Assembly: GCA_963745025.1 (NCBI GenBank)
Contig: CAVUWD010000011.1
Coordinates: 448,001-512,000, forward strand
Reading direction: 5' to 3'
Length of the DNA: 64,000 nucleotides
DNA from: an uncultured delta proteobacterium
GTDB lineage: Bacteria > Desulfobacterota > Binatia > JACPRU01
Below the pieces are notes generated by a model. That model made no database searches and was not told the origin of the DNA. It worked only from the letters and a program-made list of their open reading frames with translations. The position numbers and the translations under genes are program-made. How positions within the stretch are numbered: the stretch's first letter is position 1; each line of letters starts with the position of its first letter. This document shows, piece after piece, positions 30,535 to 40,200 of the stretch.

Positions 30535-32647
30535 GTGCACAGGCGTCCTCTCCTTCTCGTCCTGATTCCGGTCGTTCTCGCTGCTTCCCGGTCCCGTCCG
30601 GTGCTCGCGTCGGCGTTTTGGGACGACGCGCGGCCATCCGCCGCGGGCCAGGTCTTCGTGCTTGCGCCGCAAGGCATCCGTAGCGAGACGGCCGAAGCCG
30701 TGCATCGCGAAGAGCTCCTCGTCGTCGATCTCTCGGATGAATGGGCCCCGTTCATCTTCAGCGAGAGCGACGGGGCGGGCAAGGACGTGAAGCCGAACCC
30801 GTACCGCAAGACCTTCATCGCTCTCGCCGACGACCGCGCCACGTCCGACGAGCTGTTTCTCGAGAGCCCCGCCGGGCAGGCCGCCGTGCTGTCGACGGTC
30901 CCCGCGCCGCTCCGGTCGCAGACGCCGAACGAGCGGTCGGGGGACGAGCAGCAGGCGCTCGAGCGCGCGCGGCATGCCCTGATCGCCGGGCGAACGCCGA
31001 ACTTTCTCGAGGTGTACGGGATTCCGCCGACGCTGTCGGTGCTGGCCCGCCGCGTCGCGCAGCACGCCGCGAAGACCTGCTACGCGACCATCGATCCGCA
31101 AGCGCTGCGTGGGCTCGACTTCGAGATCAGCTTCCAGTCTCGCGAGCAGGCTCGCGCGGACTACGACGAGGCGATGAGCGATGCCGCATGGGTTGCGGGG
31201 GCGCTCGCGGCACTCGGCGACGACGCCGAGGGGTTGTTGCCCGACGCGGCGGCGGCGAAGCTACTCGCCGCGGATCCGCAGGTCAACATCGCAAGGCTGG
31301 ACCGCTACCGCCGCGGCCAGGCGCGCCTGCGTGCCGCGCGCGCGGTGCAAGACCGACTCGTCTGCGAAGGCCTGCTCTTGCCCGGCCGCTTCACCCCCGA
31401 CACATTCGACCTGGCCACGCACCGCGCCCTCGCCGAGTTCGAACGGGAGAACGACATCTTCGGCTGGGGATTCGTCAGCGGCGACACCAAGGAAGCGCTG
31501 CTGCGCTCTTCACTCGAGCTTCAGTTCGAGACCTTCCGTCGCATCCTGGCGGAGCGCATCGCCGATGCCGCCGGGATCGTCGAGGACGGGTCGGTCTCGA
31601 AGGGCGCCGAGCCAGCCAGCTACGTGAACGAGGCGGGTGAAGCCTGCCCCGTGCCGAACGTGATCGGCGATTTTCTCGCGGCCCTGCTGAGCGCGATGCA
31701 GATCACCATCCCGGACGACATGGTGGGGTTCTTGCAAAAATTCCAGGCCGGAGGGTTCGCCCACGTCTTCGTGGCGTTTCGGCCGCCGCCCCTCCCTCCG
31801 TATTACGCACCGGTGATGGACCTCTCGGCCGAGATCGATCGCGGCGACGTGTGGTACGACGTGCCCCTCGACGCGGGCGGCAAGCCGCTTCCGCAGCTGC
31901 GGCGGCGTTATCCGTCCTTCGCGCTGTTCGTCAACTGGCGTGGCCAGAAGATCCCGCTCGTCCGCTGGCGGACGACGATCGGATCGTGGCGCAGCGAGCT
32001 CGGCGCGGATGGCCACGTCTATCTGAAGTACAAGAATTCCGACGTCGGCCCGCGCATCTGGAAGAACATCGTCGCGGCGCCGGTATGGGTGCCACCGGAC
32101 GGGACCCCCGGGAAGGACCTCTTGACGAAGAAGGTCTTCGACCGCAAGCAAGGAGTCGGTCAACGTCGTCAACACCGAAGTGATGGGACCGGGATTTGCC
32201 TCGGCCTACGGCCTCGTCATGGCGATCCACCTGAAGAAGCTCGAGGATGGCGGCCTCTTCGACAACCAGATCCGCACGCACGGCTCGGTCGACTACACCT
32301 CGATCGCCCGGCGCTTCTCGCACGGCTGCCACCGCCTGGTGAACAACCGCGCCGTGCGGCTCTTCGATTTCGTGCTGCGCCACCGGAAGTTCGCACGGCT
32401 CGGCAATCATGCGCTGCCGGGTTCCAAGCGAAGGTTCACGTACCGAGGCCGGCGATACGAGTACGCGCTCACGACGCGCGGCTACTATTTCGACCTCCGG
32501 CCGCCCGTCCCAGTCACCGTGCTCGAGGGGCGCGTGCTCGGCGCGGCCAAGGAGCCGATCAAGCAGTACGTTCGCAAGCCCGGCGTCGACTACGGCCCGC
32601 CTCCCCCCGACAGTCCGGTGGAAATGCAGCCGGTCGTCGGGCCATGA
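30535..32647 (+). CDS. Large secreted L,D-transpeptidase (YkuD-like); frameshift near 32150-32160
   Basis: Signal peptide; APVWVPP, GPGFASAYGL, IRTHGSVDY..RFSHGCHRL catalytic His/Cys motif in the second frame. Confidence 0.75.
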
Positions 32648-32690
32648 GGGGGGACGTTGCGGCATCCACGGAAGAGTTGGCGGCCCGTGA

Positions 32691-32959
32691 GACCTCGCCG
32701 GTCTCCGCCAGAATTCAGCAAGGCCGTCACGGAAATTATGCGCGCGCGTGTTTGTGTTCGAGCCGTACTCGGATCGAACTCACACACGCGCAACCGCGCG
32801 AAGCGCGGAACGGCTCGATGCGCGCGTTGGATATCGCTTTCCGCGCTACGCGCGGTGGCGTGGGTTTGCGGTCGACCCGACTACGGATCGACCGCAAACC
32901 CACGCGCGGTTCCTTCTTCCGCACACTGCGGCAGCCGCCCTCTGGCAGAAACTGAGGCG
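32691..32959. repeat. Palindromic element copy 4 (two hairpins)
   Basis: Hairpins ~32745-32790 (TACT) and 32858-32905 (ACTA); right end GCAGAAACTGAGGC; flanks closely resemble copy 1. Confidence 0.85.
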
Positions 32960-32998
32960 TCACGCCAATCAAGCTTCCCGACCGGCCCACTATTCCGT

Positions 32999-33856
32999 TT
33001 GTGCCGCAACGTCCCCACTGTCGCCCTCCTTCTTCTGCCGCTCGCGGCAGGCGGCGCCGACCCAACGTGGACGGCCGCCACACGCTGGAGCGCAGTGCAA
33101 ACCGCGAAGAGCGGCCCGGCGCGCGCGATCGGCACATACAACGGGGGCTGCGTCCAAGGGGCGGTCGCCCTGCCGCCAGACGGGCCGGGCTTCGAGGTGA
33201 TGCATCTCGGCCGCCACCGTTATTTCGGACACCCTGAGCTCATCGGCTTCGTGCGCCGGCTGGCGATCGCCGCGTCGGAGGATCACCTACCGATGCTGCT
33301 CGTCGGCGATCTCGCGCAGCCGCGCGGCGGTCCGACGCCGACCGATCACGGCAGCCACCAGTCCGGCCTCGACGTCGACATCGCCTACACGCGCCCCGCG
33401 CAGATGCTCTGGCAGCCCCTGCCCGCCTCCGAGCGCGAGGGCCTCGAGCTTCCGCCCGTCGTCGATCTCGAGACCGAGAAGTTGAACGCGGCGTGGACTC
33501 CGATGGTCGCGCAGCTGATCGAGCTCGCAGCCTCGGATCCAGCAGTAGAGCGTATCTTCGTCAACCCGGTGATCAAGCGCGCGCTCTGCGCGCACCAGAA
33601 GCCCGGAGCGCACTGGCTCGCCAAGCTCCGGCCGTGGTGGGGCCACCACGATCATTTCCACGTGCGCCTGAAGTGCCCCGCCGGCAGCGCCGAGTGTCGG
33701 CCGCAGCCGCCGGTGACCGACGACGACGGCTGCGACCTGTCGCTCGCCTGGTGGTTCACAAATGACGCGCACGCGGCGGCTGTGAAACGCCGTCAAGCCC
33801 CGCACCGGCTCGCGGGGGCGCTCCTTCCGGCGCGCTGTCGAGATATATTGCGATAA
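32999..33856 (+). CDS. mepA: Penicillin-insensitive murein endopeptidase
   Basis: IGTYNGGC, RYFGHP, GDLAQPRGG, HGSHQSGLDVDI, WWGHHDHFHVRL; start uncertain. Confidence 0.88.
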   Translation: MCRNVPTVALLLLPLAAGGADPTWTAATRWSAVQTAKSGPARAIGTYNGGCVQGAVALPPDGPGFEVMHLGRHRYFGHPELIGFVRRLAIAASEDHLPMLLVGDLAQPRGGPTPTDHGSHQSGLDVDIAYTRPAQMLWQPLPASEREGLELPPVVDLETEKLNAAWTPMVAQLIELAASDPAVERIFVNPVIKRALCAHQKPGAHWLAKLRPWWGHHDHFHVRLKCPAGSAECRPQPPVTDDDGCDLSLAWWFTNDAHAAAVKRRQAPHRLAGALLPARCRDILR

Positions 33857-33898
33857 CGCCCGAGCGCCTGTACGAAGAGGCCGCGGGAGACATCCGAC

Positions 33899-34918
33899 AT
33901 GCCCGACAAGAATCGCAAGTGGGTTCTCAAGTCACGTCCGCGAGGGCTCGTCGAGCGCGGCAACTTCGAGTGGCGTGAGGAGGCCGTCCCGTCGATCCGC
34001 GACGGCCAGTTCCTGGTTCACAACCTCTGGCTCTCGTGCGATCCCACCCAACGCGGCTGGATGGAGTTCGACACCTACCTTCCGGCGATTCCCATCGGCG
34101 ACGTGATGCGGTCGGCGTCGGCCGGCCAGGTGATCGAGTCGAAGCATCCGGGCTTCGCGCGCGGCGATCTCGTTTCGGGCGCCTTCGATTGGCAGGACTA
34201 CGCCGTGAGCGACGGCAGCGGTCTCGTTCCGCCGATGAAGATCCCTCCGGGAGTCGATCTGCCGACCGCCCTCTCGCTCTTCGGCATCACCGGTCTCACC
34301 GCGTACTTCGGCCTGCTCGACATCGGGGCACCGAAGGCGGGTGAAACCGTCGTCGTTTCCGGCGCGGCGGGCTCGACCGGATCCTTGGCGGCGCAGATCG
34401 CCAAGATCAAGGGCGCTCGCGTGATCGGCATCGCCGGCGGCGCGAAGAAGTGCGAGTGGCTGACGAAGGACCTCGGCCTCGACGCGGCGATCGACTACCG
34501 CGGCGAGAACGTCGCCGCACGCATCCGGGAGCTCTGCCCGCACGGGGTGGACGTGTACTTCGACAACGTCGGCGGCGAGATCCTCGACGCGGTGCTCGCC
34601 CGTCTGGCGATGGCGGCGCGCATCGTGCTTTGTGGCGCGATCTCGGTTTACAACGACTTCGCGCACATGCCGGGGATCCGCAACTACGTGAGCCTCATCC
34701 TCCGCAGCGCCACGATGCGCGGCTTTCTCGTCTTCAGCTATGCGGCGCGTTTCCCCGAAGCGATCGCCGAGCTGGGCGCCTGGGCTCGGGCGGGAAAGAT
34801 CAAGAACCAGGTCGACGTGATGACGGGTCTCGAGAACGCCCCGGACGCGCTCCGCCGTCTGTTCACCGGCGAGAATCTCGGCAAGCAGCTCGTCAAGCTC
34901 GCCGAGCCGTCGCTCTGA
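33899..34918 (+). CDS. NADP-dependent oxidoreductase (MDR, PTGR/CurA-like)
   Basis: DPTQRGWM, TAYFGLL, SGAAGSTG, YFDNVGG, GENLGK. Confidence 0.9.
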   Translation: MPDKNRKWVLKSRPRGLVERGNFEWREEAVPSIRDGQFLVHNLWLSCDPTQRGWMEFDTYLPAIPIGDVMRSASAGQVIESKHPGFARGDLVSGAFDWQDYAVSDGSGLVPPMKIPPGVDLPTALSLFGITGLTAYFGLLDIGAPKAGETVVVSGAAGSTGSLAAQIAKIKGARVIGIAGGAKKCEWLTKDLGLDAAIDYRGENVAARIRELCPHGVDVYFDNVGGEILDAVLARLAMAARIVLCGAISVYNDFAHMPGIRNYVSLILRSATMRGFLVFSYAARFPEAIAELGAWARAGKIKNQVDVMTGLENAPDALRRLFTGENLGKQLVKLAEPSL

Positions 34919-34919
34919 C

Positions 34920-35981
34920 ATGCGCGTCGAGACCGCGCTGCCGATCGGCAAGGTCGACCCCGGAGTGCGTCAAGCCGAGGAGCGGCTCGATCTGCGACGC
35001 GTACCGGATCTCGCGCGCGAGGTCGAAGCGCTCGGCTACGACGGCCTGGTCGCGCTCGAGACCAAGACCGACCCCTTCCTTCCGCTCGCGCTCGCGGCGG
35101 CGGTCACCGAGCGCGTGCGCCTGACGACGGCCGTCGCGATCGCATTCCCGCGGAGCCCGATGGTGACGGCGCTCACCGCCTGGGGGCTCCAGAGCCTCTC
35201 GCGTGGACGCTTCACGCTCGGCCTCGGCACGCAGGTGAAGGGCCACAACGAGCGTCGTTACAGCGTTCGCTGGACGCCGCCGGGCCCACGGCTTCGCGAG
35301 TACGTGCTCGCGCTGCGGGCGATCTGGGATTCCTGGCAGAGCGATCGGCCGCTCGACTTCCGCGGCCGGCACTACACGTTCACGCTTATGGTGCCGCTCT
35401 TCAATCCCGGACCGATCGAGCACCCACAGATCCCGATCCAGCTCGCGGCCGTGAACCCGCTCACGTGCCGACTGGCGGGCGAGATCGCCAACGGCGTCCG
35501 GCCCCATCCGATCTGCACGCGGAAGTACATCGACGAGGTCATGCTGCCTGCGATCGAGGCCGGAGCGCGCAAGGCGGGGCGGAGCGCGGGCGAAGTCGAG
35601 GTCTGCGTGAGCCCGCTGATCGCCACGGCGGCCGATCCTGCCGGCGTCTCGCAGCGAGCCCGGGACGTGCGCGCGCGCGTCGCCTTCTACGCCTCGACGC
35701 GCACCTATCGGAGGGTGTTCGAGCTCCATGGCTGGGGCGGGCTGACGGACGAGCTAAGCCACCTCTCGCGCAGCGGCCGCTGGGAGGAGATGCCCGCGCT
35801 CGTTTCCGACGAGATGCTCGAGACGATCGCCGTCGTCGCTTCGCACGATTCCGTGGCGGACGAGTGCCGACGGCGCTACGCGGGCGCGGCGACCGCGATC
35901 GAATTCGGAATCCCGCTCCGCACGAGCGAGGATCGGGCGCTTCTCAAGGCCTTCGTGAGCAAACTCCAGGATCGCCCTTGA
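34920..35981 (+). CDS. LLM-class, probably F420-dependent oxidoreductase
   Basis: AIAFPRSP, LGLGTQVKGH, FYASTRTY. Confidence 0.85.
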   Translation: MRVETALPIGKVDPGVRQAEERLDLRRVPDLAREVEALGYDGLVALETKTDPFLPLALAAAVTERVRLTTAVAIAFPRSPMVTALTAWGLQSLSRGRFTLGLGTQVKGHNERRYSVRWTPPGPRLREYVLALRAIWDSWQSDRPLDFRGRHYTFTLMVPLFNPGPIEHPQIPIQLAAVNPLTCRLAGEIANGVRPHPICTRKYIDEVMLPAIEAGARKAGRSAGEVEVCVSPLIATAADPAGVSQRARDVRARVAFYASTRTYRRVFELHGWGGLTDELSHLSRSGRWEEMPALVSDEMLETIAVVASHDSVADECRRRYAGAATAIEFGIPLRTSEDRALLKAFVSKLQDRP

Positions 35982-36021
35982 GAAAAAGGGGAAGGGGTCC
36001 CCTCTGCGGAACTCGCGTATC

Positions 36022-36483
36022 CTACCGGAGCGCCTGGAGCCGCACGAGCACCACGCCCTCGTCGACGATGTCGAGCGCCCGGGCGGCGGCGAGAGAGAGA
36101 TCGATGACGCGGCCGTCGACGAGCGGCCCGCGGTCGTTCACGCGGACGATCACCGAGCGGCGGTTCTCGAGGTTCGTCACCCGTACCCGCGTTCCGAACG
36201 GCAGCGTCCGGTGCGCCGCGGTCATCGCGAACTCGTCGAAGCGCTCGCCGCTCGCGGTTTGCTTCCCTTGATGGCGCTTGCCGTACCAGGAAGCATTCCC
36301 CACCTCCTGCCGGCCGGTCCTGAGCGTCGCGGCCGTCGGTCGGACGAGCGAGCACGCGCTCGCCGAGAGGAGCCAAAGCGCGAAGAGCGCGAGCCCTTCT
36401 CTCGGCGCGACCGAGGTGCTCCGGTGCGGTCCGCTTTGCGCCGCTGGGATCCACTCCGCGTCGAGCTTTTGGGGAGGTGTCAT
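36022..36483 (-). CDS. rlpA: RlpA-family lytic transglycosylase (DPBB) lipoprotein
   Basis: GNASWYG, TASGE, TAAHRTLPFG, VNDRGP, IDLS; lipobox-like SASAC. Confidence 0.88.
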   Translation of the reverse strand: MTPPQKLDAEWIPAAQSGPHRSTSVAPREGLALFALWLLSASACSLVRPTAATLRTGRQEVGNASWYGKRHQGKQTASGERFDEFAMTAAHRTLPFGTRVRVTNLENRRSVIVRVNDRGPLVDGRVIDLSLAAARALDIVDEGVVLVRLQALR

Positions 36484-36575
36484 CGGCTCTGGCTGGCGGC
36501 CGGTCGCTTTCCTTTGCTCGCCGTCTTTGAACCCGCGGCATCCTGAAACGTTTTGCACGGCGATCGCCGAAGTAC

Positions 36576-36924
36576 CCCCTCGAGTTCCGCACGACGCTTC
36601 GAGCGGACGGAGGAACGCGGTCGGTTGTGATCGGCCCGGACTCGGGTCGATCACAACCGACCGCAACCGCGCGCAAGCGCGGAAGGCAATAGACCACACC
36701 GAAGGGTGCTGGCCGGTTTTCAGCGATAACTCGTTGAACCTGCGGGGATTTCCCGCGCCATTTTCTATGGAACCGAGGGTTTTGGGCTTAGGACAGTACC
36801 CACCGAAAGCTATTGCGTTTCGCGCTCCGCACGATGGCTGGAGTTTCCGGTCGGGCCGAGTACGTCCCGATCGGAATCTCCAGCGCTTCTCGAAATCGCG
36901 GCGTTCATGCCGCAGACCGAGGCG
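36576..36924. repeat. Palindromic element copy 5 (two hairpins, enlarged centre)
   Basis: Hairpins 36617-36664 (GACT) and 36837-36884 (AGTA); right end GCAGACCGAGGC. Confidence 0.8.
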
Positions 36925-36975
36925 CCACCCGCCGAAAGCCGTTTCGTTTGTGGCGGCGGATCGCTTTCGGGAAAG

Positions 36976-39900
36976 ATGCGAGCGATGGATGCGCCCGCAA
37001 AGATCGGTCTCCGCTCGCCCCGGTTCTGGAGCTTCCTTCTCGCGCAATTCCTCGGCGCCGCCAACGACAACGCCTTCAAGGTCACGCTCGTTCTGCTGAT
37101 CCTCGCGACCGTGTCAGGAGAGAGCACGCAGGTCCTTTACTCGAGCCTCGCCGCCGCATGCTTTCCGATTCCATTTCTCCTCTTCTCGCCGATCGCCGGT
37201 TATTTCGCCGACCGCTTCCCGAAGCACCGCGTGCTGTTTTGGACCAAGTCTCCGGAGATCATGGCCATGGGGCTGGCGACGTTCGCCTTCGCTTCGGCGA
37301 GCGTTCCGCTGCTTTTCGTGGCGCTCTTCCTGATGGCGACGCACAGCGCCTTTTTCAGCCCCGCAAAGTACGGCATCTTTCCGGAGGTCTTCGAGAACAA
37401 GGACCTCTCGTTCGCCAACGGCATCCTCGAACTCGCCACCAACCTGGCGATCCTCAGCGGATCGATCGCCGGCGTGTACGTGTACAGCCTCTTCAAGGGA
37501 CACCTGGCCTCCGCAGGGCTCACCTATGTCGGCGTCGCCCTGGTCGGTACGACGGCGGTCGCGTTCGCGCCCCGCGCCCCTGCCGGCAATCCGAATGCCC
37601 GATTCGTCTGGACGCTCGCTGCCTCCGTCGCGAGCGACTGGCGCGAAATGCGCAAGAGCCGTGTTCTCGGCTACACGCTTCTCGGCATCGCCTACTTCGG
37701 GTTTCTCGGCTCGCTGTTTCTCACCTTGATTCCGGTCTTCGGCCGCAACGTCCTCGCGCTCGCCGAAGAGGACGCCGGCATCCTCCTCGCCGTGCTTTCG
37801 ATCGGCATCGCCGCGGGCTCGCTGATCGCCGGCCGTCTGTCGCGCGGCCACGTCGAGATCGGGCTCGTTCCGCTCGGCAGCCTCGGCATATCGCTCTGCG
37901 CGTTCGACCTCGCACTCTTCGGCAACGGCTCATGGCGGTTGCCGTTCGGCATCCCGGCCCGCGCCGCGCTCGATCTCGTGCTCCTCGGCCTGTCGTCCGG
38001 CCTGTTCATCGTGCCGCTCAACTCGCTCCTCCAGCAGCGGAGCCCCGAGGGGATGAAGGGCCGGCTCATCGCCTTTTCGAACGTGCTCACGTTCACCGCG
38101 GTTCTCTGCGCCGCCGGGCTGCCCTCGTTGCTCACGAGCCTCGCGGGGTTCACCACCGCTCAAGTCATCCTCTCGACGGCGTTCCTCACGGTGGGCGGAT
38201 CTCTCTACGTAATGAACCTGCTGCCGGATTTTTTCGTCCGCCTGATTCTCTGGCTCGTCACGAACACGATCTACCGGGTGCGCGCCGTCGGCGAGAGCAA
38301 CGTCCCCCGCGAGGGGGCGTTGTTCGTCGCCAATCACACGTCGTGGGTGGACTTCCTGCTGATCGGCGCGGCCTGCGATCGCATGATCCGCTTCCTGATG
38401 TTCCGGACGTACTACGAGTGGCCGGCGCTCAACTGGTTCTTCCGCCGCATGGGAGCGATTCCCGTGGCCGCGGGCGATCCGCCGAGCAAGACCGAGGAGT
38501 CTCTGGCGATCGCGCGACGACAGATCCGCGACGGCCACGTGGTGTGCATCTTCGCCGAGGGCGCGATCACGCGCACCGGGAATCTCCTCAAGTTCAAGCG
38601 CGGCTTCGAGAAGATCGCCTCGGGCGTCGACTGTCCGATCGTGCCGGTCTACGTCGAGGGCATCTGGGGGAGCATCTTCAGCTACGAGGGGGGCAAGTTC
38701 TTCTTCAAGTGGCCGAAGGGGATCCGCCGGCCCGTGACCGTCGTGTTCGGCGAGCCGCTGCCCTCGACCGCCAGAGCGCACGAGGTACGGAGCCGCATCC
38801 AGGAGCTTTCCGTCGACGCGTACGGGCATCGCAAGGAGCGGCAGCGGCCGCTCGCCATCGAGCTCCTGCGCGCGGCGCGCCGTTACGGGAGCCAGCCGCT
38901 GCTCGTCGACGGCGCGTGCCGAGAGCTCGGGTTCCGCCAGACGGTCGTGCAGGCGATTGCGCTGCGCGATCGGATCTTCGCTCGCGCGCAGAGCGACGAG
39001 CGGATCGGCATCCTGCTTCCTCCGGGCGTGCCGGCCGCGCTCGCCAACTTCGCGACCACGCTCGCGGGCCGCGTGCCGGTGAACCTCGATCCGACGCCGC
39101 CCGGCGACATCGCTCGCTCGATGATCGAGACCTGCGGCATCTCGACCGTGCTGACGAGCCGGGCGTATCTCGAAAACGTCCGCGCCGAGGCGAAGCTCCC
39201 GCGCAAGGGGATCCTCGACGTGGCCGAGATCGTGAGCGATCTCGCCGTTTCGCGGCTCGCCGCGGCTGCGGTTCGCTGGCTCCCCGCACGGGCCGCCGCC
39301 AGGCTCCTCGGTGTTTGCGACACGCACGACGTCGACCGGGTGGCGACGATCCTCTTCTCCTATCCGACTGAGTCGCCGGACCGTCCGCGCGGCGCGCTCC
39401 TCTCGCACCACAACCTGCTCTCCAACCTCGAGGCGCTGCGGCAGGTGCTCGACGTCACGCCGCGGGATGCGATCCTCGGCCTGCTGCCGTTCTCGAACGC
39501 GATGAGTTTCGCCACGACGCTCTGGCTGCCGGTGCTGAGCGGGGCGCGTGTCGTCTACGGATTCGACCGACTGCATGAAGGACTCGGCGAGCTCGTCGCC
39601 GCCGAGCACGTGTCGCTCGTGGCGGTCAATCCCACGCTGCTCGCGTCGCTCACCGCGTCCGTGAGCCGCGAGCAATTCGCCAGCTTGCGCTTCGCCGCGG
39701 TCGGCGGTGAGGACTTGCCCGACGAGCTCGGCGAGGCCTTCGCCGCAAAATTCGGCATCGATCCGCTCGAAGGGTACGGCCGGCCGGAATGCGCGCCGAT
39801 CGTCTCGCTGAACGTGCCCGACGTGGCGCACGGGCGGGAGCGCCAGACGGGTTCCCGCCCGGGCACGACCGGTCATCCGCTTCCCGGCGTGTCGGTGCGG

Positions 39901-40110
39901 ATCGTCGATCCGCAAACCGGAAAGGCACTGCCGCCGGGGACCGACGGCATCCTCTGGGTACGCGGCCCGAACGTGATGAAGGGCTACGCGGACGGCGACG
40001 GCGACGTCCTTCGCGACGGCTGGTACGTGACCGGCGATCAAGCGCGCATGGACGAGGACGGGTTTCTCACGGTGTACTACCCGCCGCCGCAGGGAAGGGG
40101 ACGTTCTTGA
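36976..40110 (+). CDS. MFS (LplT-like) + acyltransferase + AMP-binding fusion (Aas-like)
   Basis: AQFLGAANDNAFK, FSPAKYG, NHTSWVD, FAEGAITRTG, EGYG, WYVTGD..DEDGFL. Confidence 0.88.
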   Translation: MRAMDAPAKIGLRSPRFWSFLLAQFLGAANDNAFKVTLVLLILATVSGESTQVLYSSLAAACFPIPFLLFSPIAGYFADRFPKHRVLFWTKSPEIMAMGLATFAFASASVPLLFVALFLMATHSAFFSPAKYGIFPEVFENKDLSFANGILELATNLAILSGSIAGVYVYSLFKGHLASAGLTYVGVALVGTTAVAFAPRAPAGNPNARFVWTLAASVASDWREMRKSRVLGYTLLGIAYFGFLGSLFLTLIPVFGRNVLALAEEDAGILLAVLSIGIAAGSLIAGRLSRGHVEIGLVPLGSLGISLCAFDLALFGNGSWRLPFGIPARAALDLVLLGLSSGLFIVPLNSLLQQRSPEGMKGRLIAFSNVLTFTAVLCAAGLPSLLTSLAGFTTAQVILSTAFLTVGGSLYVMNLLPDFFVRLILWLVTNTIYRVRAVGESNVPREGALFVANHTSWVDFLLIGAACDRMIRFLMFRTYYEWPALNWFFRRMGAIPVAAGDPPSKTEESLAIARRQIRDGHVVCIFAEGAITRTGNLLKFKRGFEKIASGVDCPIVPVYVEGIWGSIFSYEGGKFFFKWPKGIRRPVTVVFGEPLPSTARAHEVRSRIQELSVDAYGHRKERQRPLAIELLRAARRYGSQPLLVDGACRELGFRQTVVQAIALRDRIFARAQSDERIGILLPPGVPAALANFATTLAGRVPVNLDPTPPGDIARSMIETCGISTVLTSRAYLENVRAEAKLPRKGILDVAEIVSDLAVSRLAAAAVRWLPARAAARLLGVCDTHDVDRVATILFSYPTESPDRPRGALLSHHNLLSNLEALRQVLDVTPRDAILGLLPFSNAMSFATTLWLPVLSGARVVYGFDRLHEGLGELVAAEHVSLVAVNPTLLASLTASVSREQFASLRFAAVGGEDLPDELGEAFAAKFGIDPLEGYGRPECAPIVSLNVPDVAHGRERQTGSRPGTTGHPLPGVSVRIVDPQTGKALPPGTDGILWVRGPNVMKGYADGDGDVLRDGWYVTGDQARMDEDGFLTVYYPPPQGRGRS

Positions 40111-40199
40111 CCTTCGTAACCTTTGTCGCGTCTCTCTCCGTAGAGGACTTCGCCAAAGCGAGGAACGTGACGAAGGTTACGAAGGTCAAGAACGTCCCC
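40097..40199. repeat. MITE-like element with perfect 27-bp terminal inverted repeats, copy 1
   Basis: GGGGACGTTCTTGACCTTCGTAACCTT ... AAGGTTACGAAGGTCAAGAACGTCCCC between convergent genes. Confidence 0.85.
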
Positions 40200-40200
40200 C

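Noticed and set aside
36907-36975. Start of the Aas-like gene at 36907
   Set aside because: That ATG lies inside the right end of a palindromic element; 36976 or 36985 fits the MFS N-terminus better.
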